Source: Squalus acanthias
Taxonomy: Eukaryota
Length of the DNA: 64,000 bases
Assembly: GCA_030390025.1 (NCBI GenBank)
Contig: CM059432.1
Span: forward strand, 48,176,001 to 48,240,000
Reading direction: 5' to 3'
Below, one piece after another: positions 1 to 13,289 of this stretch. A program made the position numbers and the translations under genes. Positions within the stretch are counted from its first letter, which is position 1. Each line of letters starts with the position of its first letter. A model generated the notes under the pieces. The model did no database searches, was not told where the DNA came from, and saw only the letters and a list, made by a program, of their open reading frames with translations.

Positions 1-1204
1 GTTTTTGAGCGCCAATATTTCACAAAGGACAAACATTAAGATTTGGGCGGGAGATAAGGAAACACAGCACTATAACTATACTGAACAAATGTCCATCGGT
101 CTCTTATCTCTGCTGACTCTTATTCTCCCGGCTGGCCTCTTATTCCCTTGATTCGACTCTTATTCTCCTGACTCGCTCGATCGCAGGCTGAAGCTCTTCT
201 CTAGGGCTGGACTCTGTTGACTCTGGACTTTTAGCCGTACTGGACGGTTATTCGAATGTTGGGTGGAGCTCAATCGGAACGAGCTGCCTCGACAAGGGCA
301 AGTGACCGGGTGCACCATCCCGAGAGTCGGTAAACGGTGTCTGGACCCGAAGGCCCAACAAGACAAGACGAAATGACAAGAAAAGAAGAAGAATCCACGT
401 GCTGCCGCGGTCAGTAAACCCCGACCGCGCCCGAAAATATAGGACTCATTTCTTGAATTCTACGGGTTATTGCACGAATCGGTTTTGGGTCCATCGAATT
501 CCTCATAACAACAAGAAAGACTCTTCATTGAATTCTACTGACAACTGGTGCCGGTACAGGAAGACTTTTCTTTGAGTTCTACAACCGGGCCCGAGTTCTG
601 TCGAGTTCTTCATGACAACGGGGAGCCCGGCCTGCTTGCCGCAGCAGCGAAGATAAACAAGTGAGGTACAGAGACCCCTCCAAACACGTGACAGTCAGGC
701 GCTGCAGCGAACGAGCCGAGTGCCTCACTTAAAAATTCTCTGAAGTATCACGAGTGGTGAGCATGTTTCCCGATCCTACAAATCTAGATGTAGTGTAGGT
801 ATTGATAGGGGAGGGTGGTTTTATTAAGGATAAAGTATAATGTGTTCCCCTTTTTACGATGTGCCGTGCGTTCTTCATTACCATAGACCAAGCTTTATGA
901 ATGTATGTATACTTGTACTCTCGTTAATTTGCGCCTATGACATGTACTTCATGATTTTGGACGCTATGCAATAAAGATTTCCATTTCGTACTATTCAACC
1001 GGGTCTATTTGAGTTTTTCTCTGCATTACTGCTCTCGCACCTAAGTCCAGTGTTAGAACCGTAAGGGCGAGTGGGTCGAACCACTCACAGGTGCTTATTG
1101 CAACAAGGCTGGCCGGAGACCAGAGCAAGCAATAGTATTAGGCAACGAAGGCCTAACCCCGCACCAGCACCGTCTGCGATACAAGCACGACAAAACCCCT
1201 TACA
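1..1204 (+). mobile_element. Probable LTR (solo or 3' LTR) of an LTR retroelement, 5' end outside the window
   Basis: CpG-rich non-coding block unlike the flank, AATAAA at 970-975, ends abruptly in ...CCCCTTACA (canonical CA terminus). Second LTR and TSD not visible. Confidence 0.4.
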
Positions 1205-1812
1205 GAGCTTAGGGTGTCTGATGTTGTGCCACTAGCAGGTGGCTTGGGGCCTGGCCCCTAAGTTTTGGAGTCTTGGGAGATGCAAGAAAGGTTGTCCTAA
1301 ACTACTGCCTTCCCCCACCCAGGTAAATATACTGTTGAGAATCACCAATTGGAACAGTTCCTCATCAGGTTCAATCACTAGTGATGTTAATAGCGCTTAA
1401 ACACTCGATGTGAAGACAGTCATTGCAAGCCTAAATATCAATCACAACAGATAAAACTATTACAAGAATCTCAGTACTGAATGAAGGGTAGTACAGGAAT
1501 CAGCGCTCTGCGAGCTCAAGCCAATTGGATCCTGGAATGGGAAATGAGGGTCTACTATAGTCACTTCACTATAACTATATGTGGCTATCTTGTTGGCCCA
1601 CATTTTAAGCCAGAGATATTGGGCATCAAGTAAGTGGTGCCAGACTACTTGCTCCATTTCTCTCTGTTCACAGACATGCCACTTCAGCTGTACCTCTGTG
1701 TAATGATGTGGAGCATGCATGCTTCTTTGACAAGTCTTTCATCCATTGGAATACCATCAATACCAGCAACTAAATGGTCTTTGTTAGGGATTTTGATTTT
1801 AGACTGAATCAC

Positions 1813-2258
1813 AGTATCAGCTGTGGCTCAGTTGGTAGCACCCTTGCCTGTGAGTCAGACGGTTGTGGGTTCAAGTCCCACCCTAGAGACTTGAGCACAA
1901 AAATCTAGACTGACACTCAGTGCAGTGCTGAGGGAGTGCTGCACTGCCGGAGGTGCTATCTTTCAGATGTAGACGTTAAACCGAGGCCCCGTCTGCTCTC
2001 TTAGGTGGATGCAAAAGAACCTGTGGCACTATTTCAAAGAAGAGCAGTGGCATTATCCCTGGTGCCCTAGCCAATATTTATCACTGAAACAGATTATCTG
2101 GTTGTTATCACATTGCTGTTTGTGGGAGCTTGCTGTGTACAAATTGGCTGCTGCGTTTCCTACATTACAACTGTGACTGTACTTCATTGGTGATAAAGTG
2201 CTTTGGGATGTCTGGTGGCCGTGAAAGGTGCTATATAAATGCAAATATTTTTTTATTT
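1813..2258 (+). mobile_element. tRNA-derived DeuSINE (SacSINE1-like)
   Basis: A-box TGGCTCAGTTGG and B-box GGTTCAAGTCC, central Deu-like block (GCACTATTTCAAAGAAGAGCAG...GCCAATATTTATC), tail GCTATATAAATGCAAAT followed by a T-run. Confidence 0.8.
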
Positions 2259-3589
2259 GAATCATACATTTGAGGCTTGGAACTGTACTGTTTTTCAGAA
2301 ACATCAACCGTTAGTGGTATAGTTGAAAGACCTGGTTGGGTCCTTCATCTTGGTGGACAATTGGCAGAACCATCCTGACTCCACCTCCTTCACTCACATA
2401 GGGTCTGGAGCCAGTTGGAGCATTTAGTCCAGAATCAACCATCCTTTACATTTCCAAAGTATTCATTTCCTAAGTCCTATTGTTCAGAATGTGCTGTAAA
2501 TAAACACACCAGCTAGAGCACTACCCACGTATTATACCTGGGCTTCACTGAGGATGCCTGGTTAGCAAGTTGACCAAGCTGGAGTCAAAAGTCTCTGTTT
2601 GGCTTCAATGTTGGACAAGTTTAGTCCCAAGTGCTTTCTTGCAAGGATGTAGTCTTGGCAATATTGGAATATGACCACTGGTTTTCCAGAAGCTATCTAT
2701 GACTGATGAGAGCCACAGGATATCAAATGTTTTATTGACTTTGATTGTACAATCATTAGGGAACAAGTTACGGACAGATATTTACTTTCAGTTTGGGGTG
2801 GTCACAAAGCATTTATTAGTGCTCCCCCTTTGCTCTGGGAGGTGGGAGAGGGGTGCTTCAAGTAGTCTTGGTAACACTGTGATTTGTCCAGTCCCATCCT
2901 ATTAAGTTGTATTTAATAGACCTGACTGAGTTTACAATCATAGCCTAAGGCTTACTGATAATAAAAGCCAGTAAGTTTATCCAACTGGCACTGAATATGG
3001 GTTAATCTGTATTTTTCTATTTTTAAATCTCTAAACTCTAAGTCCTAAGCCAAGCTGAGCACCTCTCGGATCTGTTGGCCCAGTTCTCAGCCAATGCATT
3101 TGGATTGCCTTTAGTTTGAAGTTTTCAATGAAGACATAGTTGCCCGTGCAGATGTTTACCCCTGGTTCAGAAGCTAATACCACAGGTAAATATTTGTAAT
3201 AGAATTAGAAATGTCACTCAGGCTGGAAACGAGAGTTTAAAATCTTGAAAAATGATACTTCTCACAGGATCATTTTAAAGCAAATGATCTGTTCTGGCGT
3301 GTGATGCTACCTTGCTACAAATTGTGCTAATTTACACACTTGCTGGAAATAGTCTGATTTACTTGTTGAGTGCAGCTATTGTGGAGGCAGTAGAAATACT
3401 GCTGTGAGTGAAAACATGAGCAGAACACAAGCAGATGACTAATATGTTGAACAATGTTGAGCAAGGGCAGGGTTGCAATTTTTTGCCAACTCCAAAACTA
3501 GGCAGGAACAGGATGAGGTCAGAGCATGGGGTAGCATCCTGGCTTGAGTTCCTGGCCTGGATTTTCCTCCTGTTTTGAGGTGGTACTGA

Positions 3590-3795
3590 AGTTGAGAGGA
3601 ATTTTCCAGGTTAATTTCCCCTGATTGGCCTGAGTTTCTTTAATTAGTTTTTTTTGCCTCTCCCAGGAGATTACATGGCCCTGGGTGGGGTAGGGAGTGT
3701 ATGTATTGCGATGTATAAGGCATTACAACTGTGTGGGACAGGCTAGATGGACCAGTAGGCCTTTTCCTGTTCAGCATTTTCGTATGTTCGTATGG
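3590..3795 (+). mobile_element. CR1-type LINE 3' end fragment
   Basis: GGACAGGCTAGATGGACCAG...(TTCGTATG)2 tail. Confidence 0.5.
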
Positions 3796-4157
3796 ATAAT
3801 GGCGAAAAATGGGGTGGGTCGAACTACCACTGAACCCCTGCCCGTATAAAATGGCCGCCAGAACTTTTCTCCATCTCTCTTGGGTGCAGATCTTCCCTCC
3901 TGCCCATTGTAAATGTCACCCAGTCAGTCACACCCAGTCATATGTAAATGATAGCAAATATGTGGGTATTTGTGGTCATTTGCATTTGAGAATGTTGGTG
4001 TTGAGATTTCTGTGGCGGTACAGGGCGGATGGAGTGTCTTCAAAGGACAGTTTTGTGAATGCTGGCTTGTGTTTCTACCCACATGTGAACCCCCTCATAA
4101 CATGAAATAGATTCTATATGAAATTTTAAAATCATCCATTGATCTGTCTGGGCACAT

Positions 4158-4564
4158 TGGCCCAAAATTCCTCATGGCTTCCACTAGTCTCCTGCCTTAA
4201 CTCCAGCAGGAGACCAGCAGACCCCCCCCCTCCCCCCCAAGGAAAATGGAGGAGAGCAGGTTGCGTTTACCAGTGCGGTACAGGCCAGGCAAGCGGCCAG
4301 GACCCCTCAAATTTCTATTTTAGGAAGCTGAGTCAAATTGAGGCGGAAGCCAAGCAACCCGAAGGCCAGCAGGCACCATAGTTTCCAGCAGTCATGGGCA
4401 GGCAGGTGAAGGAGATGCACCATAATTGCCGTTTGCACCCCTTAGCCCGTGCCAACGAGATGCCTTCCCCATTGACCCTGTAAACTCCGAAGGGGTCGGC
4501 GCTGAAGGGCACTGTCTGGTGCCAGCAAAACCACTAGAATTGCGATGGAAAGAATTTTGGCCAA
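4158..4564. mobile_element. MITE-like element (probably Harbinger-derived)
   Basis: Terminal inverted repeats TTGGCCCAAAATTC / GAATTTTGGCCAA around a GC-rich interior. Confidence 0.45.
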
Positions 4565-4689
4565 TAGTTTTTATTTTGGTGTGGAAATTGCACTGTAACT
4601 AGTGCAATGCTCAAGAGGTGTGACTGCCTACTAGAAGTAGCCTCACACTTCCTGACTTCAGTACACTCAGAGGTCAGAATGTCTCCTAA

Positions 4690-5172
4690 TCATGATTAGA
4701 CCGCACCTCAGGAAAGATATATTGACCTTAGAGGGGGTACAGTGCTGATTCAGTAGAATTATACCATGGCTTAACGGGTTAAATTATGAGGTGGGTTGCA
4801 AAAATTGTTTGTATTCCCTTGAGTTTAGAAGGTTGAAGGGTGATATAATTGAGGTGTTTAAAAGGATAAAGGAATTCAATTGGGTACATATTGAGAAACT
4901 ATTTCTTATGGTGGGGGAATCCAGAACAAGGGGGCATAAGTTAAAATTAGAGCTAGGTCAGTTAGGAGTGGAATCAGGAAGCATTTTTTTCACACAAATG
5001 GTAGTGGAAATATGGAACTCTCTTCCATAAAGCCTGTGGATGCTGGGTCAATTGAAATTTTTGATAAATTTTTGTTATGTAAGGGTATTAAGGGATAAAT
5101 GGAGTTGTAGTACAGATTTGTCATGACCTAATAAAATGGCGGAACAGGCTCGAGGGGTTAAATGTTCCTATG
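4690..5172 (+). mobile_element. CR1 LINE 3' fragment (degenerate)
   Basis: LYSLEFRRLKGDIIEVFK...FFTQMVVEIWNSLP, the CR1 ORF2 C-terminus, plus 3' UTR. Confidence 0.85.
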
Positions 5173-6838
5173 AGCAAGTTATTTGGCGTGGCATGGCATG
5201 ACATTCTGTTTCAAATCCCAATAACATCTGCTCTTAAAGCAGCTGACGTAATTTGCTGCTTGACTGCAATCAAAACCACATTGCATTAATACAAAAGTGG
5301 TAGTAACAGCAGCCTTGGAAATATGCCACTAGTCCGAATATTTAATGCAATTTTCAACATCCTCATCAGCTAGTAAAAGGATACAAAGTTGTTCTTTGAT
5401 TATTGCCAAAATTCTGTATACTAAAGGCTTTTTTGCCCCCTGTAATCTTTCTATATATACACTGAATGCATAGAAATACATTGTTACAACATGTAAACAG
5501 ATCATTCAGCGCAACCAGTCGTGTTTACCCACCAAACAAGCAAATAGTTCTAATCACATTTACCTACTCTGTTCCCATATATCTTTGTCCCCTTTTTCTT
5601 CATCCAACCATCCAATCTAATTCTGAATGTTGACTTTCTTCAGTGGTTTTCTGCGTTAGCTTGAACACACCCAAATAGGCATGGAAAAAGATAAGATTAT
5701 TGATGGAAAGTCTACACTGACAATAATTACATCAGAATTGACGTAACTCTGTGTCCATAGTTCAATACACAAAAGTTCCCTGACTGGTACCTTCGACTTA
5801 GAAATGTTTGCATAATTGACAGTTGCAGGCAATTTATTGAAATGGCTGATGAATACACACCACAGATTTTGACGCTCAGAAGTTTATTCTAGTTTGTTAT
5901 GAACTGAACTTAGTAACAAATGCCTCATGGGGTCAGAATAGATATGTATCCCTCTGAATGTGCCGCAATGTTTTCGAAGAAGTTGTAGAAGAAAGAACAT
6001 TTGAATCCAGGAGCATCAGCTTCCTGCTGTTCCAAGTGCTTTGCAGCTAAGTACTCTAAACTGATCCTATCCACATCTTATACTATTTTTGCTGTATCCT
6101 CCTCTGTGTGATTACAATTAATAGCTGAAAAGTCATTTTAATCTGGAAAAATGAAAATGCTAAGTGGAAGTCAGCCATTGATCAGTTTTGCAAACATATT
6201 ATTCAAAATGTACCAGAGATTGTGCTAGCAATTGCAAAAGATTTAAAAGATGTAGGAAAATTACAAAATTGGCAATAAGGTGTCAGCACTGCTACACAGT
6301 ACATATTACCTATGTACAGAGTAGCAATGAAAATATCTGGTGATCCTCAGTTTGTGACAGATGAAAACAAATTTGAAAGAAGATTTTCTTAGCAAGTAAA
6401 TCACAAGAATATTATGATCATTATGTTCATTATAGCCTATAGAATAAGATGTAATGACCAAATGCCAGGATGTCATCAAAGGATAGGGAATTTTAGAAAG
6501 TGCTCTACACCTTAAAGTTGATCCCACCTACTCAGTTGCCAGCCAGAAAGTTATCTCTAGCTGTTAAAGAACATGCCGAGAAGCACATTAATAAGCTTGT
6601 TGATTTTTAAAAGGAAGTGCTTGCACCAGTCATTGTCCTGACTGATTGGGTTGCTTCAGAGGTTGTGGTAATAAAAGAGAAATGATTGTGCACCTGTGCA
6701 TTGGTCCAAAGCCACTTAACAAAACCTAATCATTCCTAATTTCAAACCATAGATAATGATCTCCTGAACTAATGAAACCAAAACTATTCACTCTTGTGGA
6801 TACAAAGAATGGGTTTTGGCATGTTCCATTTAGATGAA

Positions 6839-7768
6839 GCATAGAAGCATAGAAGATAGGAGCAGGAGTAGGCCATTCGGCCCCTCGAGCCTGCTCCGCC
6901 ATTTAATGAGATCATGGCTGATTATCCAAATTCAGTACCCTGTCCCTGCTTTCTCCCCATATCCCTTGATCCCTTTAGCCTTAAGAAATATATCGATCTC
7001 CTTCTTGAATATATTTAATGAATTGGCATCAACTGCCTTCTGTGGTAGAGAATTCCACAGGTTCACCACTCTCTGGGTGAAGAAATTCCTCCTCATCTCA
7101 GTCCTAAATGGCTTACCCCTTATCCTTAGACTGTGACCCCTGGTTCTGGACTCCCCCGCCATCGGGAGCATCCTTCCTGCATCTAGTCTGTCTAGTCCTG
7201 TTAGAATTTTATAAGTTTCAATGAGATCCCCTCTCATTCTTCTAAACTCTAGCGAATATAAGCCTAATCGACCCAATCTCTCTTCATACGTCATTCCTGC
7301 CATCCCAGGTATCAACCTGGTGAATCTTCGCTGCACTCCCTCCATGGCAAGAACATCCTTCCTCAGATAAGGCGACCAAAACTGCACACAATACTCAAGG
7401 TGTGGTCTCACCAAGGCCTTGTACAACTGCAGCAAGACATCCTTGCTCCTGTACTCGAATCCTCTCGTTATGAAGGCCCACATACCATTTGCCTTCTTAA
7501 CCGCCTGCTGCACCTGCATGCTTACCTTCAGCGACTGGTGCACAAGGACTCCCAGATCTCGTTGCACTTCCCCTTTTCCCAATCTATTGCCGTTCAGATA
7601 ATAATCTGTCTTCCTGTTTTTGCCACCAAAGTGGATAACCTCGCATTTATCCACATTATACTGCATCTGCCATGCATCTGCCCAATCATCCAACCTGTCC
7701 AAATCATACTGGAGTTTCTCTGCATCCTCCTCACAGCACACATGCCCACCCAGCTTTGTGTCGTCTGT
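6839..7768 (-). mobile_element. Young 5'-truncated CR1 LINE (ORF2 C-terminus open, 6932-7741)
   Basis: 269-aa ORF with [29 protein letters not shown] and LGLYSLEFRRMRGDLIETYK; (CATAGAAG)n tail. Nearly identical to 60026-61559. Confidence 0.95.
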
Positions 7769-8162
7769 CGAAGAATTGTGTCTCCTGACTACTTATCCAA
7801 CACCATTTGGAAGATGCAGATGGTTGCATATGCCTTTGGGAATCTCGCAAATCTTGAAGAATTTAATAAAAGACCTTGACACACTTGAAAGTTTGTCAGA
7901 ATTAGTTGTGGCAGATGATTATGTAGTCTATGATGCTGCTGAACAGGGCCATGTTTGGAGACTGGATGCCCTGTTGAAGTGACAAAATCATATTGAATTG
8001 AACAAAAATAAAATAAAGCTGAAGGAACAAGCAGTAGAATCTCTAACAGCGGTCTCTCGGCTTTCTGATGATGAACTAAAACCAGATATTAACAAAGCCG
8101 CCACCCCATCACTATGGGATATCATTGGTACAGCCGCTGAAGGAACAAGAAGTAAAATAGTT

Positions 8163-8277
8163 AGGCCTAGAAATTTGTCTGGGGTGGTGGTGTAAAATGG
8201 GCAGTATCAGATCGGCCGCCTGTTACTCTCAGCGCCTCATCTTCAGTTCCATTGCAGTCAATGGAATTTCTAGGCCT
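8163..8277. mobile_element. Short MITE
   Basis: Perfect TIR AGGCCTAGAAATT/AATTTCTAGGCCT in a TTA/TAA context. Related interiors at about 32065-32215, 33160-33315 and 39160-39345. Confidence 0.65.
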
Positions 8278-9365
8278 AAGTCTCCAGACTTTCTGATGAT
8301 GGGCTAAAACCTGATACTAACAAAGTGGAAGCAGCACTTAAAATACCTTCTCCCACCAACAAACAAAGTATCCAGTTAATTTTTGGAATGACTAACTATT
8401 TGCATTGGTTTGAAGACGTAACCACTTCACTTAATAACCTGCTGAAGAAAAAAGTTGACTTTACATTGGGGGCTTTTTGTATTAGCAAATTCAAGAGAGA
8501 ATTGGATAAATGCTTGGGAAAAAATTGATAAATGGGTCTGAGATGTATTGAGAGATATATAGTATCATACGACCAGCCAGATGGTCTGCAGTGGTCTGTC
8601 CTCGACCTGTACATTTCTATGTTCTTGACTGGTACAATACACCAAGTAAGATACTAGATCGCTCACCAGCTCAAAGACTATGGCAAAAATTCCTCAGGGC
8701 TTCTCCCACTTCACTGCTGTAACTTCACCAGCAAAGTTACAGCAGCAGAGCTGGAGCAGCTCCGAGGAGATTCCCGGCTTGTTTGGCAGTCAAAACAGGG
8801 CAATCCTCCCTACAGTAAGCTGAATTTTGAAGCGAAGCCGATTAACTGATTACCATGGGGAAGACAAATAGGCTCAGCTTTCCACTTGTGCACATGCCAG
8901 CCCGTGATTTTTCCCCCCTATTCATTTTGATGGATAGGAAAAGTGTGGGCTGGCAAGTACAGAAGCGGAAACCTACGACCAACATGTTTTGAAGCTCTGA
9001 AATTTGTGTTTTCTACTTTACTAACTGAATTTAATAACAAATACCATATCAGCAAAGGAATTAAGGTGTAATTATATAGCATGTTTATGTATATGAGTTT
9101 GGCCCCGATATTAACTGGGAGATGGGTTGGGAGGGGGGTCAGATATCGCGTGGAAAACTCAGAAGTATGTTTAGTGCATCTGTCTGTGGCTTTTTAACGC
9201 AGCCACCTCATTACCATTTTAGTTCCAGGTTTCCTGTCCAATCAGCGGCAGCGGGCATGATGGGGACCTGCATGACGCGATCTCAACTCTAGTACTTAAA
9301 GGGAAAATCCAAAGATGCAATTTGAGGAGCTTGGAGTTGGAAGCAACAGAGGAAGACCTCTCAGC

Positions 9366-11258
9366 ATGGAATCCGGATGCTCAAAGGCTGCGCCCCACTT
9401 TAATGACAACTCCCTTGATGTGCTGCTGGGGGTGGTGGCAGTCGGAGAGAGGTTCTATTTCCCAGCAACAGGAGGAAGAAATATGATGCTGACACCAAGA
9501 AGGCATGGCTGGAAATGGCACAGGAGGTCAGCAGCAGGAGCCTAGTGCCACACTCATGGATTCAGTGCAGGAAGCGCTTTAATGACCGAAACAGGTCAGG
9601 AAACGTTAGTACAGTTGCACATTCACCTACATCCTGCTGTGCGAATCACCCCATACACTCACGCTGCATTCTCAAGCCTACTCCATCTCATCACGCCTCA
9701 CACCCACTTACCTTGCACGCCCACCCATCCTTCTCTTTCTATGCAGTTCCTCACATCCCCAACTCACCATCCACCACTCCCACTCACCCTCATCCTTATG
9801 CAATTTGATGCCTCTCCCTCATAGTCACCCCCACCAAATGCACTCCATCCATTGGCTGAACCCATGCCATTACAGTCACTCATAAGTCTGTTCTTTCCCT
9901 TGCTGCAAGAGAAGAGAGCACAGAACACCAAGGAGAGGTAGAGAACGGCGAGGTGGCCCTCCACACATTTTCCAACTTACAAGCGCAGAGGAGGTGGCAC
10001 TGGAAATCAGTGGAGTCTCTGCGTGCCTGGCCATCAGAGATGGGGAGCTCCCGGCTACGTGGCGGCACAATTAAATATCAGCGACCCATATGTCATACGG
10101 CACTCAGTCATGTTGACGCGATTTAAACAGTGAGTGAAATATGATAATCTTCATAATGATTATTTCAAAGCTTACCTTGACAGTACTCATTCATGTCTTT
10201 TATCTCCCACATGGCTTTCACGAGTGCAGCAAAAGTTGGTCGAGGTCGCTGACGATGACTCCTCAGAGGAGCGCAATCCCTCTGAGGGTGCACCTTTACA
10301 CTACTCATGCATACCATGCACCAGCTTAGATACTCGCACTTCGGTAGGACCAGTAAGGCAGATAGTTGGGTTTTCACCTGGTGACTCAAACTTCACAAGT
10401 GAGCAAGAGCAGATGGTGGTGCCGTTCTCTGCCTCTCCCTGGTGTTCTGTGCTCTCTTCCCTTGCAACGAGGGAAAGAACAGACTTATGAGTGAATGTAA
10501 TGGCATGGGTTCAGCCAATGGAGAGAGTCTGCATCGCAGCCCTATCCAAGTTCTGCTCAGCTGGACACAGACGCTGTAGCCCAGGGGCTGTCGAGAAGAT
10601 AATCATTGTGCAACAGCAGAGAATGTGCGATGTACTGACAGGCCTTCCAAGCCCACTGTCCACAATTGCAGAGAGATTGGAGGAGTCTGCCTCAAGAATG
10701 AGCGTGTTGATGCCAAACGGCATTTCAATGACGTATTCTTGCCTAGGTAGACAGACCAACTGCTGGAACATCAAATGCTGCAATCACATGAGTCCATGCA
10801 AGCCTTAATCAGGGCTTGCAGACTCTGGATGCCACCTTAAATAGGATGACAGATACCCTAGCCTTGGCTTTGCAGTGCATCAGTGATCTGCAGCAAAGTG
10901 GTAGCAGTGAAGGCTGGGCCATGAGAGGGATGATAGTGAAAGGGGACATGGTAGTGGGGACTCCACTCAAAGCGCTTCCACTTCTCACCAGTTGTCCCTC
11001 CCCCCGCACCCCCCCCACCCCCCGAAGTCAGTACCTGGCATGCTGCCTCGTGTCCTGATGGTCAAGTCTGCCCCTGCACAGGTGCAGGTGAAGCAGTCTT
11101 TGGCAGGGCCCTCACAGGCTCCAGCGCCCAGAGGACGTCGGCCAAGAGCATCTCAACAGTCAGAGCATAGATCTGAGCAGCCTGCCTCTACCTTTGCTGA
11201 AACCATTGGGGTTGCACTATGTAGTGGTGCTAGGAAAAGGAAGATTAAAGATTTGTAG
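9366..11258 (+). pseudogene. Harbinger Myb/SANT-like DNA-binding protein gene (spliced, frameshifted)
   Basis: MESGCSKAAPHFNDNSLDVLL...KAWLEMAQEVSSRSLVPHSWIQCRKRFND (tryptophan Myb/SANT pattern), donor near 9605, exon 2 EKRAQN near 9910, basic C-terminus RKRKIKDL*. Confidence 0.75.
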
Positions 11259-11339
11259 TTGCACAAGGGCATACACATGGGTGTCTTAGACATTGTTATG
11301 TTGTTAAGTTTCTATTCTTTCCTTGAAGCACATAAATAT

Positions 11340-12058
11340 AGGCCCAAAATTTGCGATCGGAGGCTTTACCTGGTGGCCCGGGAGGTATGGAGCCTTTCGA
11401 TCCTGGGCCTCTCCGGGTACGCGTGGGCAGAGGCCTCCGTATCCCAGGGGCGCATGTGGTTCGCAAGCGCCCCTGGGATCACGTGGGCCGGCCCAACCAA
11501 TAAAAGAGAATCCCCATTCCTACTTATGGGAGTTCCGTACGTACAGAAACCCCGTAAGTATGAATGGGGATCACTTAAAAAGTACACAAACACATGAAAT
11601 ATTTTTTTTTTTAATTACATATTTAAAATTAATTAAAATGCCATTTAATTAAATATTTTAAACAAACATTTAAATTTTTGGAAAAAAATGTACATGTTTT
11701 AACGGGGCTAAAAATAAACTTACCTTATTGGACAGGGTTTCTAATGTATAAATGAGTGGTAAAATTTTATTTTTCTATTTTTTAAAACTCTTATGCTGGT
11801 AAAAACAGGCCTTACGTCTGCTTTTACCAAATGTAAAAATTTCACAGGCATTCAGCAGGCAGAAGTTGGGCAAATAGTGCAACTCTCCACCCGCAGAGGC
11901 CCATCTCCCGGGATGCGGAGGATCTGTCAAGAAGATTCTTGACAGATCACAAGTTCTGGGTTTTAGCGCACGTGCTTCGCATGCCTAAACCCGGAACTTA
12001 CGCGGCACCTACGGGTGCGTACACATCTCGTATCCGTAGGGGTCGCAAAATACGGCCC
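11340..12058. mobile_element. MITE nested inside the Harbinger element
   Basis: Imperfect TIRs GGCCCAAAATTTGCGATC / GGTCGCAAAATACGGCCC; CpG-rich arms with an AT-rich core. Confidence 0.6.
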
Positions 12059-12309
12059 ATTATTGTTTTGCACCACTTTTCCGTCTTGCCCATTCTGGGT
12101 TGCTGGCTGGCAAGTGGCCTTTTAAGTTCTTTGATGATGAATGGGAATACTTGAATTGACACCGACCAATGGGGGGGATGTGAAAGGGGTGGTTGGTTGT
12201 TTGCAGGACTGCTTTGCGTTAGTGGCATTGGGGAGGGGGCGGAAAAGTGACTGTTGTATATGGTTGTGAGATGGGTCCACTGGTGGAACCTAATTGAATC
12301 TCATAATAA

Positions 12310-13125
12310 TCAGGGTATTCCGGGCAGCAATGTGCACAGTTGGTGGTTCATTGCCCTCATCACCTTCCTCCTCCTCATCTTCCTCCTCATCTTCCTCCTT
12401 GAAATCCTCCAAAGAGGATCTGTTCTTTGCGCCTTGGTCCTCCTGCAGGTCCAAACCTCACTACTACACAATGTTGTGCAGAGCGCTGCACACATGACCA
12501 TTCTGGACATCCTGGCTGATGCATATGGAAGGGCGCCACCAGATCTGTTGAGGCACCTGAAGCGCATCTTCAGCGTGCTGATGGCTTCTTCGATGACACA
12601 TCTTGTAATGCTCTTGGGCATCGTTCCTCGCGTTTCTGAGAGGTGTCATCAGCCATGTTTTAAGTGGGTATCCCTTGTCTCCGAGCAGCAATTCGTTAAC
12701 TCTGCTTCCAGGTCCGAAGACGTCAGGGATGTTGGACTGCCGCAGGACAAAAGCATAATGGCAGCTGCCCAGGAATCTTGTGCACACTTGCATAAAGATC
12801 TTTTTGTGGTTGCACACCAGCTGCACATTGATGGAGTGGAAGCTCTTGTGGTTGACGAACACTGCTGGGTGATCTGGGGGTGCCCTGATTGCCACATGTG
12901 TGCAGTCGATGACACCCTGCACCTGTGGAAAGCCAGCCAGAGACGCAAACCTGAGTGCCCGCTCATTCTGTCTGTGCATCATTGCAGGCAAAGTTGACAT
13001 AATTGGCGGCCCTGGTGAACAAGTCACCTGTCTTATGCGTTTGTGGGCCGCCAACTGGGAGATCATGTAAATGTCTCCGGCAGAGCCTTGGAAGGATCCA
13101 GAGGCAAAAAAGTTGAGGGCAGCAA
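12310..13125 (-). pseudogene. HARBI1-like DDE transposase (frameshifted, 5' part replaced)
   Basis: AALNFFASGSFQ, GFPQVQGVIDCTHVAI, KSFHSINVQLVC, LLGDKGYPLKTWLMTP, TRCVIEEAISTLKMRFRCL, followed by an acidic tail. Confidence 0.9.
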
Positions 13126-13184
13126 CCTTTTCCTTAACTGGTTGCAAGCCATTTGCATCAACTTTCAGACCAAGGTACACAACC

Positions 13185-13221
13185 AGTTCTGACGAAGGGT
13201 CATCGACCTGAAACGTTAACT
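13185..13221 (+). ncRNA. Minimal type I hammerhead ribozyme in a Penelope-derived fragment (13184-13290)
   Basis: AGUU-CUGACGA-(A)GGGUC auc GACCU-GAAA-CG-UU-AACU: intact core, stem I AGUU/AACU, palindromic stem III. Confidence 0.7.
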
Positions 13222-13289
13222 CTTTCTCTCTCTGCAGAAGCTGCCTGACCTGCTGAGTATTTCCAGCATTTTCTGTTTTTATTTTATGT

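Larger units (their letters stand above)
6400..8465 (+). mobile_element. Degenerate Gypsy pol (RT) fragment, interrupted by a CR1 and a MITE
   Basis: VDTKNGFWHVPLDE before 6839 continues after the CR1 as LLTTYPTPFGRCRWLHMP, VVADDYVVY and IFGMTNYL. Left boundary approximate. Confidence 0.7.
9101..13125. mobile_element. PIF/Harbinger DNA transposon relic with convergent Myb/SANT and DDE nuclease genes; right end lost
   Basis: Left end GGCCCCGATATTAACTGG; spliced Myb/SANT gene on + and HARBI1-like nuclease on -, the two-gene Harbinger layout. Confidence 0.85.

Noticed and set aside
1813..1890. tRNA gene
   Set aside because: tRNA-like head runs on into a SINE body; the same applies near 25300, 37060 and 50990.
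12254..12997. 247-aa plus-strand ORF
   Set aside because: Antisense shadow of the HARBI1-like sequence.
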